NCBI GenBank assembly: GCA_963820525.1
Contig: CAWGAA010000001.1
Span: 416,001-480,000 of the forward strand
DNA: 64,000 nucleotides
Reading direction: 5' to 3'
Source: an uncultured Spirochaetota bacterium
GTDB taxonomy: Bacteria; Spirochaetota; Spirochaetia; SZUA-6; Fen-1364
The translations under genes were made by a program, and so were the position numbers. Below are positions 37,487 through 46,918 of this stretch, piece by piece. Below the pieces are notes generated by a model, which saw only the letters and a list, made by a program, of their open reading frames with translations, had not been told where the DNA came from and made no database searches. Every line of letters begins with the position of its first letter. The stretch's first letter is position 1.

Positions 37487-38273
37487 GCTGATAGAGCTTC
37501 GCGGCGTGACGGTCACTCTGGGAGACTACGCGGTTCTGCGAGACGTGACCGTGGCATTCCCCGAGGGCAAGAGCACCGTCATCATGGGCCCCTCGGGCTG
37601 CGGCAAGAGCACCCTCCTGAAGGTGGCGGCCGGAATCACGCCTCCGGACAAGGGCAGCGTGTTCTACCGCGGAGAGGACATTTTCTGGATGTCCGAGCGC
37701 AGGGTGCGCGAGATGCGCGCGGTCAACGGATTCGTGTTCCAGGACGCCGCCCTCTGGGAGAACAAGACGATCTTCGACAACCTCGCCCTTCCCCTCCAGG
37801 TGCACGCGCCGGGGCTTTCCCGCGCGGAGATCGAGCGGCGCGTTGTTCGGATGCTTGAGCGCGGCGAGCTGGTGGATTCCATCACCCTGAGGCCCGCGCA
37901 GCTTTCCGGCGGTGAGCGCAAGTTCGTCTCGTTTCTGCGCGCCATCATCCTCGAGCCGTCCCTGCTCTTCCTCGACTCCCCCACCGGCACGATCGATCCC
38001 GCGCTCGCCGACCGCATAACGGGGATGATACGGGAGATCAAGGCGGGAGGCTGCTCCATCCTTGCCGTCAGCCACGACCGCAGGCTCGCCTCCACCCTTG
38101 CGGATCGCCTGGTCGTGCTCTCCGAGGGCTCTCTCCTGGCGCAGGGGGATTTCGATTCGGTGAAGAGAAGCTCCGATGCGAGGGTTCGCGCCGTGCTCTC
38201 CGAGGTGCTGGGAGAGATCGCCTCTTTCGACACGGATCTGCTCACCCTCCTGGGCGGGGAGGACGCGAATTGA
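37479..38273 (+). CDS. MlaF-like ABC ATPase with non-canonical Walker B (LDSPT)
   Basis: GPSGCGKST, FQDAALW, LSGGE, LFLDSPT, SHD. Confidence 0.85.
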   Translation: MSELIELRGVTVTLGDYAVLRDVTVAFPEGKSTVIMGPSGCGKSTLLKVAAGITPPDKGSVFYRGEDIFWMSERRVREMRAVNGFVFQDAALWENKTIFDNLALPLQVHAPGLSRAEIERRVVRMLERGELVDSITLRPAQLSGGERKFVSFLRAIILEPSLLFLDSPTGTIDPALADRITGMIREIKAGGCSILAVSHDRRLASTLADRLVVLSEGSLLAQGDFDSVKRSSDARVRAVLSEVLGEIASFDTDLLTLLGGEDAN

Positions 38274-38306
38274 CAGTAACGGAAGCGCGGGGATAGGATT
38301 CAAGGG

Positions 38307-39422
38307 ATGAAGTTCAGGATCCGTTTCGTGGATCAGATCGTGGGCATCTTCGTTCTGCTCGCCATTGTCGGCATCGCCGTGATCCTCATCTTCATCGGCA
38401 TCAACCAGAGATGGTTCGCCAAGAACTACTATTTCACGAGCACGTTCCCCTCCGGGGAGGGGCTCGCCGTGGGGATGCCCATCATGCTGCAGGGCTTCGA
38501 GATAGGGAAGATATCGCGCTCTTCCCTCACCACCGACAACCGCGTTGATATCGAGTTCTCCGTCGAGGATACCTACTACGACAAGATCCTTCCCTATACC
38601 GTGATCGAGCTCATCTCGAGCCCCATCGGTCTGGGCACGACCCTGAAGCTCCACCCCGGCAAGGCCAAGGGAAGCCCATTGCCGGAGCACTCCCTCATTC
38701 CCTCGCTGAACTCGCCCGAGGGACAGGAATACGTGGACAAGGGCCTCGTCGAGATGCCGAAGGGGGAGGACGTCATCGGCTCCGTCCTGGCCAAGGTCAA
38801 CCCGATCCTCGACGAGACGAGGAACACCATCGCGCAGCTTCGGCGCGTGGCAACGGATGTGGACCTCGCCCTCAACGGCAAGGGCGGGCCGGTCGGTTCG
38901 ATGGTAAACGAGCTCTCCCTGACCCCCGCCCGGCTCAACCGCACCATCGACATCGTCAACGACAGGGTGGACACCATCACCAATGATGTGAACGTCATCA
39001 CGGGCAAGACCGAAGACATCCTCGGCCGCATCGACACGGTGACAAAGAACCTGCAGGAGATATCGGAGAACCTCAAGGCCACCTCGGAAGGCCTCAAGGA
39101 CACCAAGGGGCTGGCGATGCGGCTCCTGGATCCCAAGGGGTCGGTCAACAGCTTCATGAACGACGACAACGCGCTGTACAACCAGGTTGACGAGGCGCTG
39201 AAAAACCTCAACCAGATCACGGTGCAGATCAAGGGCTTTGTCGACTACGTCAACGGAACCCGGCCGCAGATCTCCAACCTCTTGGAAAAAGGGAGCACGA
39301 CGCTGGACCAAGGCAAGGACGTTCTGGAGGCCGTGAAGAACAATCCTCTGCTCAAGGGCGGGGTCCCCGAGAAGAAGCCTCAAAGCTCGACCCTCAACAG
39401 CTATCGGGACGAGGATTTCTGA
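38307..39422 (+). CDS. mlaD: MCE/MlaD family protein with long coiled coil
   Basis: TM, GLAVGMPIMLQGFEIGKI MCE motif, heptad repeats, NNPLLKGG tail; own promoter TTGACA-18-TAGGAT at 38270-38299. Confidence 0.85.
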   Translation: MKFRIRFVDQIVGIFVLLAIVGIAVILIFIGINQRWFAKNYYFTSTFPSGEGLAVGMPIMLQGFEIGKISRSSLTTDNRVDIEFSVEDTYYDKILPYTVIELISSPIGLGTTLKLHPGKAKGSPLPEHSLIPSLNSPEGQEYVDKGLVEMPKGEDVIGSVLAKVNPILDETRNTIAQLRRVATDVDLALNGKGGPVGSMVNELSLTPARLNRTIDIVNDRVDTITNDVNVITGKTEDILGRIDTVTKNLQEISENLKATSEGLKDTKGLAMRLLDPKGSVNSFMNDDNALYNQVDEALKNLNQITVQIKGFVDYVNGTRPQISNLLEKGSTTLDQGKDVLEAVKNNPLLKGGVPEKKPQSSTLNSYRDEDF

Positions 39423-40345
39423 TGTCCGGGACCGCGCGCATCCTCGCCGCCGTGGCGATTCTTGTCTCGGCCGCCTGCTCTTCCGCTCCCCCGAAGACAG
39501 ATACCGTCTCCGACGTGAAAAACCAGGCCGCCGACGCCACCGACACGGGAAACCGCTACTACCGCCAGGGCCGCTGGGACATGGCCCTCCGCTTCTTTTC
39601 CCAGGCCCTCGATTTCAACAGCTCGGTGGACAACCAGGCCGGGATCATCCAGTCCTACAATTCGATGGCGAAGGTCCACATGGCCATGGGCAGCTATGAC
39701 CTCGCCGAGGCGACGCTGATGAAGGCCCTGCCGCTCTGCCAGGGGGCGGGAAACGAGGCGCTCTTCTTCATCACATGCGACAACCTCGGGGAGCTGTACC
39801 TGCTGCGGGGGGATGCGCAGAAGGCAATCGATACGCTCCAGCAGGCCCTTGCAATCCCCCCGGGGAAGCTCAGCCGGCAGCAGACCGCCATTCTCTATCA
39901 CGACATGGGATCAGCCTACAAGACCGCGGGCGATTTCGCGCGCGCCAAAGAGCTCCTGGAAAAATCGCTCGCCATCAACCTCGCCGCGAAGCTGGGCGAG
40001 GAAACGGCCGCGGACTACTACATGCTCGCCTCCGTCTCCTCGAAATCGGGGGACTACAAGGCCGCCGATGCGAACCTCCAGCTCGCGCTTTCCTTCGACA
40101 AGAAGGTCGAGAACTCCATCGGAATAGCGAAGGACCTCTATGCCCTGGGGCTCGTCGCCGTCAAACGGGGGGATGCCCAAGGGGCATACGACTCTTTCAG
40201 GCGCTCCTACCTCGCGTACGCTTCCCTGGGATTCACGGAGGATACGAAGCGGGCCCTCGAGAAGCTGATCGCGAGCTCGGATGAGCTGGGCAGGGCGGAT
40301 GAGGCGGCGAGCTATCGCAAATCACTCCAGGAATTGGGGAATTGA
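39422..40345 (+). CDS. TPR lipoprotein
   Basis: Lipobox-like VSAAC followed by TPR repeats. Confidence 0.8.
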   Translation: MSGTARILAAVAILVSAACSSAPPKTDTVSDVKNQAADATDTGNRYYRQGRWDMALRFFSQALDFNSSVDNQAGIIQSYNSMAKVHMAMGSYDLAEATLMKALPLCQGAGNEALFFITCDNLGELYLLRGDAQKAIDTLQQALAIPPGKLSRQQTAILYHDMGSAYKTAGDFARAKELLEKSLAINLAAKLGEETAADYYMLASVSSKSGDYKAADANLQLALSFDKKVENSIGIAKDLYALGLVAVKRGDAQGAYDSFRRSYLAYASLGFTEDTKRALEKLIASSDELGRADEAASYRKSLQELGN

Positions 40346-40346
40346 T

Positions 40347-40811
40347 TTGGCAACCCCGATCTTCAGCCGGGTGCTTCGCGGGTACCTGGGGATATTCAAG
40401 GCGGTCGGTTTCATCCTGGCTCTCCTGGGGGCGAGCGCCGGCCTGGGATTTCTTGTCGCGTGGCCCCTCTGGTTTTTCGCCACATCCAGCCGCTTAGCCT
40501 ACTCGATCTTTACCACGGCGGTGCTCTGCGCGGGAGTCGCCTACTTCGTGTTCAACAAGATCCGGCGCCGTCAACCCCGTGGCTACGGCCGGCCGGGAAA
40601 TCGCAGACCGCTGGGCGCCGCCGCGCTGATTCTGCTGTGGGTCGTCCTCCTTGCCGCGGGAGCGTACCTGGTGATCCTGCTTGCGCTTCGCGGCATGTAC
40701 ATCCTGGCAATCCCGGTTTCGATCCTCCTGCTGGCGGCTCTCGGATACATCGCCTATGCCGCTTCTGCCGGCGGCAAGGCCGGCGATCTTCATCCCAAAA
40801 AACAACCCTGA
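40347..40811 (+). CDS. Four-TM membrane hypothetical protein; probable TTG start
   Basis: Hydrophobic helices; follows the TPR lipoprotein stop directly. Confidence 0.6.
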   Translation: MATPIFSRVLRGYLGIFKAVGFILALLGASAGLGFLVAWPLWFFATSSRLAYSIFTTAVLCAGVAYFVFNKIRRRQPRGYGRPGNRRPLGAAALILLWVVLLAAGAYLVILLALRGMYILAIPVSILLLAALGYIAYAASAGGKAGDLHPKKQP

Positions 40812-40854
40812 ACGGGGCCTCGAATCATGCCGAGAATGGGTATGAGTGGTCAGG

Positions 40855-41763
40855 ATGAAGAGAATATACGCGCTCGTCGTCTTCCTGCTTGTTCCTCTGG
40901 CGCATGGGGCAGCCGGCGACTACCCGCAAATCCTCTCCCTGTCGCGCGACGACATGCTTTTCGTCCAGCTCGAGGATGATATCGAGAGCTTCTACCGCAT
41001 CTCCCGCCAGCGGGAGCCGGAGAGCCCTCCGCCGCTTGGCATTTTCACATATCAAAGAAAGCAAACGGAAGACCTTTTCTCTCTCAACGCCCGGCTCAAC
41101 CTCTCTTACGAGACCCTGGCAACCTTGAATGGGATCGAAAGCCCCCAGGCCATGGGAAGGCTTGACAGCATCCTCATCTCCTCCCAGCCCGGAATATTCG
41201 TTTCAGACCCTCCGCGAACGGAGCTGGAGCAGATGATGCTCGGCTCACGCCTCCAGCAGGGAAAGCTGCCCCAAAAGGTCGTGGTCTGGCGCTGCGCAAA
41301 GAGGCAGAATCTCTCCTTTTTCCCGGGGAGCCAGTTCAGCGACGTTGAAAGGGCGTTCTTCCTGCGGATCCTCTTTCGCTTCCCCATAGCCGAAGGGTCG
41401 ATCACCTCCCGCTATGGGCCCCGTCAAAACCCTTTTTCCGGCCACCCCGAGTTTCATGGCGGCATCGATATAGGCGCCCATGAGGGAACGGAGGTGCACG
41501 CGGCGCGCGATGGCACCGTATCCGAGAGGGCGGTCAGCCCGATCCTCGGCAATTACCTCGTCGTGAGCCATCCCGGGGGCTACCAGACGGTCTATGGACA
41601 CCTTTCGGCATTCAATGTTACTCTAGGACAGGAGGTGAGCGCCGGATCGGTCATCGGGCGGGTCGGGAATACCGGCCTTGCCACGGGGCCCCATCTCCAT
41701 TTCGAGGTCAGGAACAGGGGAGCGACTGAGGATCCCTTCCTGGTCTTGCGCGTGAAGAGGTAG
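40855..41763 (+). CDS. LysM-like + M23 metallopeptidase
   Basis: Signal peptide; HGGIDIG and ATGPHLHFEV M23 motifs. Confidence 0.9.
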   Translation: MKRIYALVVFLLVPLAHGAAGDYPQILSLSRDDMLFVQLEDDIESFYRISRQREPESPPPLGIFTYQRKQTEDLFSLNARLNLSYETLATLNGIESPQAMGRLDSILISSQPGIFVSDPPRTELEQMMLGSRLQQGKLPQKVVVWRCAKRQNLSFFPGSQFSDVERAFFLRILFRFPIAEGSITSRYGPRQNPFSGHPEFHGGIDIGAHEGTEVHAARDGTVSERAVSPILGNYLVVSHPGGYQTVYGHLSAFNVTLGQEVSAGSVIGRVGNTGLATGPHLHFEVRNRGATEDPFLVLRVKR

Positions 41764-41790
41764 GCGAAAAAGGGGCTCAATATTACTATT

Positions 41791-41904
41791 CTTCCTGACG
41801 AAAATAAAGGTGTTGGTGTCCCAATATAGTTCCCCTCCCAGTTTACTATATGAAAGACACCACACCAGGCAGGCCGGCTCCTTCGGGAGTCGGCCTCTTT
41901 TTTT
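41791..41904 (+). ncRNA. Candidate structured small RNA with a C-rich loop and intrinsic terminator
   Basis: AT-rich island; GGTGTTGGTGTC/GACACCACACC and ATATAGT/ACTATAT stems enclose TCCCCTCCCAGTTT; followed by a terminator. Confidence 0.5.
41871..41904 (+). terminator. Rho-independent terminator
   Basis: AGGCCGGCTCC-TTCG-GGAGTCGGCCT-CTTTTTTT. Confidence 0.9.
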
Positions 41905-41982
41905 CACCCTGACGTCCGGCGCGGGATAAGGCCGTCCTGTCGGGCTTTCGCCGCCGGGACCTGCCGAGCCTCCCCCGACGAG

Positions 41983-42011
41983 TTGACAAACCACCCCTCC
42001 CTTTCTATCCT
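41983..42011 (+). promoter_or_regulatory. sigma70 promoter of the PBP1A gene, predicted leaderless
   Basis: TTGACA-17-TATCCT-6 nt-GTG(42018). Confidence 0.75.
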
Positions 42012-42017
42012 CGAAGA

Positions 42018-44492
42018 GTGGTTATTCTTCCCCGCAAGAAGCTCCTCTTTGAAATTCTTCTCATAGCCGCTTTTGTCGTGGCCGTTTCCATCGGAGTATC
42101 CCTCGGCCTCGCCCTGGCCGGCACGCGAAACGCCCGAGCGGACCTGCAGTGGGGAGAGATCAAGCCCGCCCTTCCCACGAAGATCCTCGACATCAATGAC
42201 CGCGAGATCACGCAGTTCTTCGGGGAGGAGAAAAGGGACATCATCTCGATCACCGACGTGCCCCAGAGCCTCATCAATGCCCTTCTCACGCGCGAGGACC
42301 AGCACTTCTACTCGCACCACGGCTTCCGCTTCCAGAGCATCCTGCGGGCCGCGTTCAACATCGTCACGGGCCAGTTCGTCTCCGGAGCAAGCACCATTAC
42401 CCAGCAGCTGGCCGGAAAGCTCTTCGCGGACCGCACCGAGTTCTCCCTGAAGCGCAAGCTCGTGGAGCTGTGGTGGGCCATTCAGCTGGAGCGGCAGTAC
42501 ACCAAGAGCGAGATCCTCGAGATGTACATGAACGAGATGCCCTTCGGCGCCGGGACTCAAGGGGTCGAGGCTGCCAGCAAGTTCTTCTTCGGCCACGGCG
42601 TGAAGGACATCACCCTCGCGGAATCCGCCATGCTGGTGATCCAGCTCGCGCGTCCCGGATTCTACTCCCCTATCAAGTATCCCGACCGCGCCATGAAGAT
42701 GCAGAAGAAGATCCTCGACGATATGGTGAGGCTGAAGTATTGCAGCAAGGAGGAGGCGGACGCATCGCTTCAGGACTTCTGGGCCCGGCACGACTACACG
42801 CGGTCAAGCTCCGCCTCCCCGTATTTCGAGCGCGAGGACAAGGCCCGCTATTTCAGCGAATACGTGCGCAGCCAGCTCGAGGACATGCTCTTCGGCTCGG
42901 TGAACATCCTCAAGGACGGCCTGGTGGTGCACACGACCCTCAACCTCGACTACCAGAAGGAAGCCGACCGCATCATGGGGGAAGGCATCGACAACATCAA
43001 CGAGAAGTACCTCAAATCTTCGGGCAACAGCGCTTCCTATGCCAATGCATCCTTTTTACCCCTGATCGACATGATCACCTCCACATTCAACATCGACGGC
43101 CTGCAGTACCGCCAGTCCAGCGCCAAGGCCAAGTGGAAGAGCTACTACGTGAAGAACGTCAATCCCGTCGTGGACCTCGTCTCCTCCCTGTTCTCGCTGG
43201 AAGGCGCCCAAAACGTGGCTTCGGCCGGCTACCTGTCCGCCCAGTTCACGGCGCGGCGGACGCAGGTGCAGGGCGCCCTCATCTCCCTCGACTCGCACAA
43301 GGGGTATATCCTCGCAATGGTCGGGGGACGGGAGTGGAAGTCAACGGACCAGTTCAACAGGGCGGCATCCGGGCAGGTGGAGCCGGGCTCGGCCTTCAAA
43401 CCCATGTATTACTCCGCCGCCATCGACTCGCGGAAGTTCACGGCGGCGACGATGATCCTGGACAAGCCTGTCGTCTTCACCAGCCCGGACGGCAGGCCCT
43501 ATGAGCCCCAGAACTACAAGGGCCAGTTCCACGGTCGGGTTCTCCTTCGAGACGCCCTGGCCGAATCGATGAACATCCCCTCCCTTGTCGTCCTCGATAC
43601 AGTGGGATTCGACGCGGCCATCCAGAGGGCAAGCAGGATGCTCGGCATCACGGATCCCGCCGAGATCGTACGCGTGTTTCCCCGCTACTATCCCCTGGGC
43701 CTCGGCGTCCTCCCCGTCTCGCCCCTTCAGATGGCCAGGGCGTACGCCGTGTTCGCCAATCAGGGCCGCGAGGTGGTTCCCATTACGATCCGCTATATCG
43801 AGGACAGAAATGGGAAAATCATCCTGGAGCCGGAGAAAGAGCTGCGGGCCCAGCAGGCGAGAAAGGGCGACGCCGCTCAGATCATGAGCCCCCAGACGGC
43901 GTACATCATGACCAGCATCCTGGAGAGCACCATTGCGGAAGGCTCCCTGCAGGGCATCACCGGCATCCTCACGGACCTGAACAAGAGGCCCATGGCCGCC
44001 AAGACGGGGACCACGCAGAACTGGTCCGACGCGTGGACCGTGGGATTTACTCCCCAGATCACGACGGCGGTCTGGTTCGGCTTCGATCAGGGCAACCGCT
44101 CCCTGGGCGTGAACCTGACCGGCGCCCTGGCCGCGGGCCCCATCTGGGCCAGGTACATGAAAGCAATCCACAAGGGCGTGCCTCCCGAGAAGTTCCCCCG
44201 GCCGGAGTCCGGCCTGGTGACGGTGAACGTGAGCGCCAGCTCAGGTCTCCTTCCCACCAAGTACTCCAAGAAGGTGATACCCGAGATATTCCTCGCGGGC
44301 ACGGAACCGAAAACCTTCGACGAGATCGACGAGTACGAATCCGTGCGAGGGCAGGATATCCAGGACAACCTCATGAAGAGCCAGCTGGGCGGCGGAATGC
44401 TCCCCTCGAACCCCGACGTGAACCTTCCGCCGCTCGACGACAAGGCTCCCGATTCCGGGACTCCCGATTCGGGCAACCCTCTCCTCGACTGA
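42018..44492 (+). CDS. Class A penicillin-binding protein (PBP1A family)
   Basis: EDQHFYSHHG, GASTITQQL, RKLVE transglycosylase motifs; GSAFK, SMN, KTGT transpeptidase motifs. Confidence 0.93.
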   Translation: MVILPRKKLLFEILLIAAFVVAVSIGVSLGLALAGTRNARADLQWGEIKPALPTKILDINDREITQFFGEEKRDIISITDVPQSLINALLTREDQHFYSHHGFRFQSILRAAFNIVTGQFVSGASTITQQLAGKLFADRTEFSLKRKLVELWWAIQLERQYTKSEILEMYMNEMPFGAGTQGVEAASKFFFGHGVKDITLAESAMLVIQLARPGFYSPIKYPDRAMKMQKKILDDMVRLKYCSKEEADASLQDFWARHDYTRSSSASPYFEREDKARYFSEYVRSQLEDMLFGSVNILKDGLVVHTTLNLDYQKEADRIMGEGIDNINEKYLKSSGNSASYANASFLPLIDMITSTFNIDGLQYRQSSAKAKWKSYYVKNVNPVVDLVSSLFSLEGAQNVASAGYLSAQFTARRTQVQGALISLDSHKGYILAMVGGREWKSTDQFNRAASGQVEPGSAFKPMYYSAAIDSRKFTAATMILDKPVVFTSPDGRPYEPQNYKGQFHGRVLLRDALAESMNIPSLVVLDTVGFDAAIQRASRMLGITDPAEIVRVFPRYYPLGLGVLPVSPLQMARAYAVFANQGREVVPITIRYIEDRNGKIILEPEKELRAQQARKGDAAQIMSPQTAYIMTSILESTIAEGSLQGITGILTDLNKRPMAAKTGTTQNWSDAWTVGFTPQITTAVWFGFDQGNRSLGVNLTGALAAGPIWARYMKAIHKGVPPEKFPRPESGLVTVNVSASSGLLPTKYSKKVIPEIFLAGTEPKTFDEIDEYESVRGQDIQDNLMKSQLGGGMLPSNPDVNLPPLDDKAPDSGTPDSGNPLLD

Positions 44493-44512
44493 AGCGGGGA
44501 AGGAGGCCGATC

Positions 44513-44887
44513 ATGTACCTCTACACGAAGGATCACGTCTGGGTCCGGGCCGCAGGCAATCGGGTCCGCGTCGGAATCTCCGATTTCGCTCAGAGGGAGC
44601 TCGGGGACATCGCGTACGTGGAGCTCCCCGAGGTTGGGAGGAAGCTGGCCAGAGGAGACGTGGCCTGCACCGTCGATTCCCTGAAGTCTTCAAGCGAGAT
44701 CTACTGTCCCGTTTCAGGCACTGTTGTCGAGGCGAACTCCGCCCTCGCGCAACAGGATGGATGCCAGGCGATCAACAGGGATCCACTGGGTGAGGGATGG
44801 ATCTTCGGCCTCGAGATGAGCGACCCGTCGGAGCTCGACCTCCTGTTGTCAGAGAAGGACTACGCGGACTACCTTCAGGAGAACTGA
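44513..44887 (+). CDS. gcvH: Glycine cleavage system H protein (lipoyl carrier)
   Basis: YTKDHVWV, VGISDFAQRELGDI, DSLKSSSEIYCPVSG (lipoyl Lys), DPLGEGWI; AGGAGG RBS. Confidence 0.9.
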   Translation: MYLYTKDHVWVRAAGNRVRVGISDFAQRELGDIAYVELPEVGRKLARGDVACTVDSLKSSSEIYCPVSGTVVEANSALAQQDGCQAINRDPLGEGWIFGLEMSDPSELDLLLSEKDYADYLQEN

Positions 44888-44896
44888 AAGAAGCCT

Positions 44897-45841
44897 TTAC
44901 CTCTGCCTGGCTTTCCCCTTCGCGCTTCCAAGAAGCCGCCCCGCGAACCGGCCGATCCAATTCCCCAGCCGCTTGAGCAGGGGGAACCGCGGCTGCCGCG
45001 AAAGGTCCACGGCCGCCTCCTCCAGCGTGAAGATGTGGCCGTAGCGCTTCCCGAGCTCACCCCAGTGCTTGCCGATGAAGACGTAGAGGTCGCTCTCCGT
45101 GGCCTCGGGGAAGCGCGAGAGAAGCTTCTCCTCGAGGATGACTCGAACGATGGGCATGTAGACCGTGTCGTACCAGGAGAGAAGCGCTTCCTCGAAGGGA
45201 ATCTCTTCCGTCTTCTTGAGGTTGATATACCACTTGTGCTCGCGCACGTGCTCCATGATCTCGTCGTAGCGGCCGACTTCCGTGAACTCCAGGCGGCAGT
45301 CCGGCCGCAGCTCGCACAGCCTGGTCTCCTCGAAGAACCTCTTTTTCTCGAACTCGATGACGGCTTTTTTCAACTCCTCCCGCCCCATAGCGGGGTGGAT
45401 GTCGATCTGCGATGAAAGGGAAATGACCTCCGCGTCGATGAACTCGGCCCCCCGCGCCTTTGCCACAGAGACGCGGTGGTTTCCGTCCCTCACGAAGTAC
45501 ACTCCCCCGATCTCGAAGAGCTTGATGGGCGGCAGGGTGACGTTCTGGTAATGGGCCATGTCCACGCGGGTCCACCGCGACATGAGCTTGTCGTGCCGGG
45601 GGAGGAAAGCCTTGTTGAAGTCCTTGTAGCGGCCTTCGCTGCCGACGATCTTGGAGATGGCAACGGCGCGCATGCCCCGGTAGTGCTCTGACTCCGGCCG
45701 CAAAAGCGAGCGCACGTCTCCCAGGGAGAGCATCTCGTCCTTCTGCGCCTTGAGCAGGCTCAGGATCCTCGTGATGATCTCCCTCTTCCTGACCCTTCCG
45801 AAATCGTCCTTGGCCATGAGGAAAAAGCTCTTGTCGCTCAT
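44897..45841 (-). CDS. ParB/Sulfiredoxin-like domain protein (DUF4032-type C-terminus)
   Basis: IVGSEGRYKDF, LPPIKLF, YFVRDGNHRVSVA; C-terminal HKWYI..SWYDTVYMP..DLYVFI. Confidence 0.75.
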   Translation of the reverse strand: MSDKSFFLMAKDDFGRVRKREIITRILSLLKAQKDEMLSLGDVRSLLRPESEHYRGMRAVAISKIVGSEGRYKDFNKAFLPRHDKLMSRWTRVDMAHYQNVTLPPIKLFEIGGVYFVRDGNHRVSVAKARGAEFIDAEVISLSSQIDIHPAMGREELKKAVIEFEKKRFFEETRLCELRPDCRLEFTEVGRYDEIMEHVREHKWYINLKKTEEIPFEEALLSWYDTVYMPIVRVILEEKLLSRFPEATESDLYVFIGKHWGELGKRYGHIFTLEEAAVDLSRQPRFPLLKRLGNWIGRFAGRLLGSAKGKARQR

Positions 45842-46500
45842 CGGGAGTTCTCCAGCTCGACCACGATGTGATCGTAGGCGTTGATGACGCGCGTCAGATG
45901 GTAGTGCGCCTCCCGCGCGGCGTTCCTGTCATAGAGGTGAACGTGGCCGTGGATGAGAACCTTGGGCTTGAAAACGCGCATGAACCACAGGAAGATCTTG
46001 AACCCGGTGTGGCACGGATCGGGAAGGTCGTTGATGCCGTAGGGCGGAGAATGCGTCACGAGGATGTCGAGGAAGCGGCCGCGCAAGATACGGTTCACGA
46101 GGAGCCGGGGGAAGAGGCGGACCATGGAGAGGAACATGGTGAAGTCCGTGTACTGGTTCTCTCCGCCGTTGTACCAGATGCTCCCGCCGAGGCCGGCGAT
46201 GATCATGCCCTTCTCCCGCATCACCTTTCCCTCGAGGTAGGTTGCGCCGACCTCGGAAAGGTAGCGGGGAGACCGGCCGGCGTAGGGGTCCCGAACCCGG
46301 GCAAAGCTTCCGCGATCCGCGAGGTGGTGGTTTCCGAAAACGAAGAACAGCGGCTTGTTCAGCGTGCTGACGATGAAATCGTAGTATTCGAGGGCGAGAT
46401 CCCCCGCGCTGATCACGAGATCCACGTCCGAGAACCGGGTTTTCAACCCATTGCTGTATATCAGTGGATCCACGTGATCCGCGATACAGAGAACCTTCAT
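45838..46500 (-). CDS. Calcineurin-like metallophosphoesterase
   Basis: ATG 46500; IADH, SAGDL, FGNH, THSPP, HGHVH. Confidence 0.88.
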   Translation of the reverse strand: MKVLCIADHVDPLIYSNGLKTRFSDVDLVISAGDLALEYYDFIVSTLNKPLFFVFGNHHLADRGSFARVRDPYAGRSPRYLSEVGATYLEGKVMREKGMIIAGLGGSIWYNGGENQYTDFTMFLSMVRLFPRLLVNRILRGRFLDILVTHSPPYGINDLPDPCHTGFKIFLWFMRVFKPKVLIHGHVHLYDRNAAREAHYHLTRVINAYDHIVVELENSR

Positions 46501-46611
46501 GGCCGTTGCATCACAAATATAGCCAAACGGCCCACCCGGCGCAATCTCCTTTGACAGGGTGAGCCTTCCCCCTGTATACTCACCGCCGCATCTTCCATCA
46601 AGGAGAGTTAC

Positions 46612-46890
46612 ATGGAAAAAGCCGAGATCCAGACCAGGTTGATTGAAATCCTCGCCAAGCACACGTCACTCGAGCCGTCCGCCCTTGCCCCCGACAAGAA
46701 CCTGAAGCTGGACCTGGGGCTGGATTCCCTCGATGTGGCCGAGATCGTCTACGAGATCGAAGAGGTCTTCGACATCTCGATCTCCGACGATTCCGCGGAC
46801 AAGGTCCAGAAGATCTGCGATATGGTCGATTTCATAGCGGAGAAGATGAGGTCCGCAGCCGAAGGCAGCCTCTCTCCCCAGGAGAGGTAG
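46612..46890 (+). CDS. Acyl carrier protein
   Basis: DLGLDSLDVAE phosphopantetheine motif; acidic; promoter TTGACA-18-TATACT (46551-46580) and AAGGAG RBS. Confidence 0.92.
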   Translation: MEKAEIQTRLIEILAKHTSLEPSALAPDKNLKLDLGLDSLDVAEIVYEIEEVFDISISDDSADKVQKICDMVDFIAEKMRSAAEGSLSPQER

Positions 46891-46918
46891 CCCGCCTTGC
46901 TGAAGGGGATCCCCCGCC

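Noticed and set aside
37470..39383. Long antisense ORFs (e.g. 637 aa here; also 29484-30947, 53501-54919, 59705-61357)
   Set aside because: Shadow frames of well-supported genes, expected in GC-rich DNA; no recognisable motifs
41791..41904. 6S RNA, tRNA or riboswitch
   Set aside because: Too short for 6S, no cloverleaf, no recognised aptamer consensus; the downstream gene has its own promoter after the terminator
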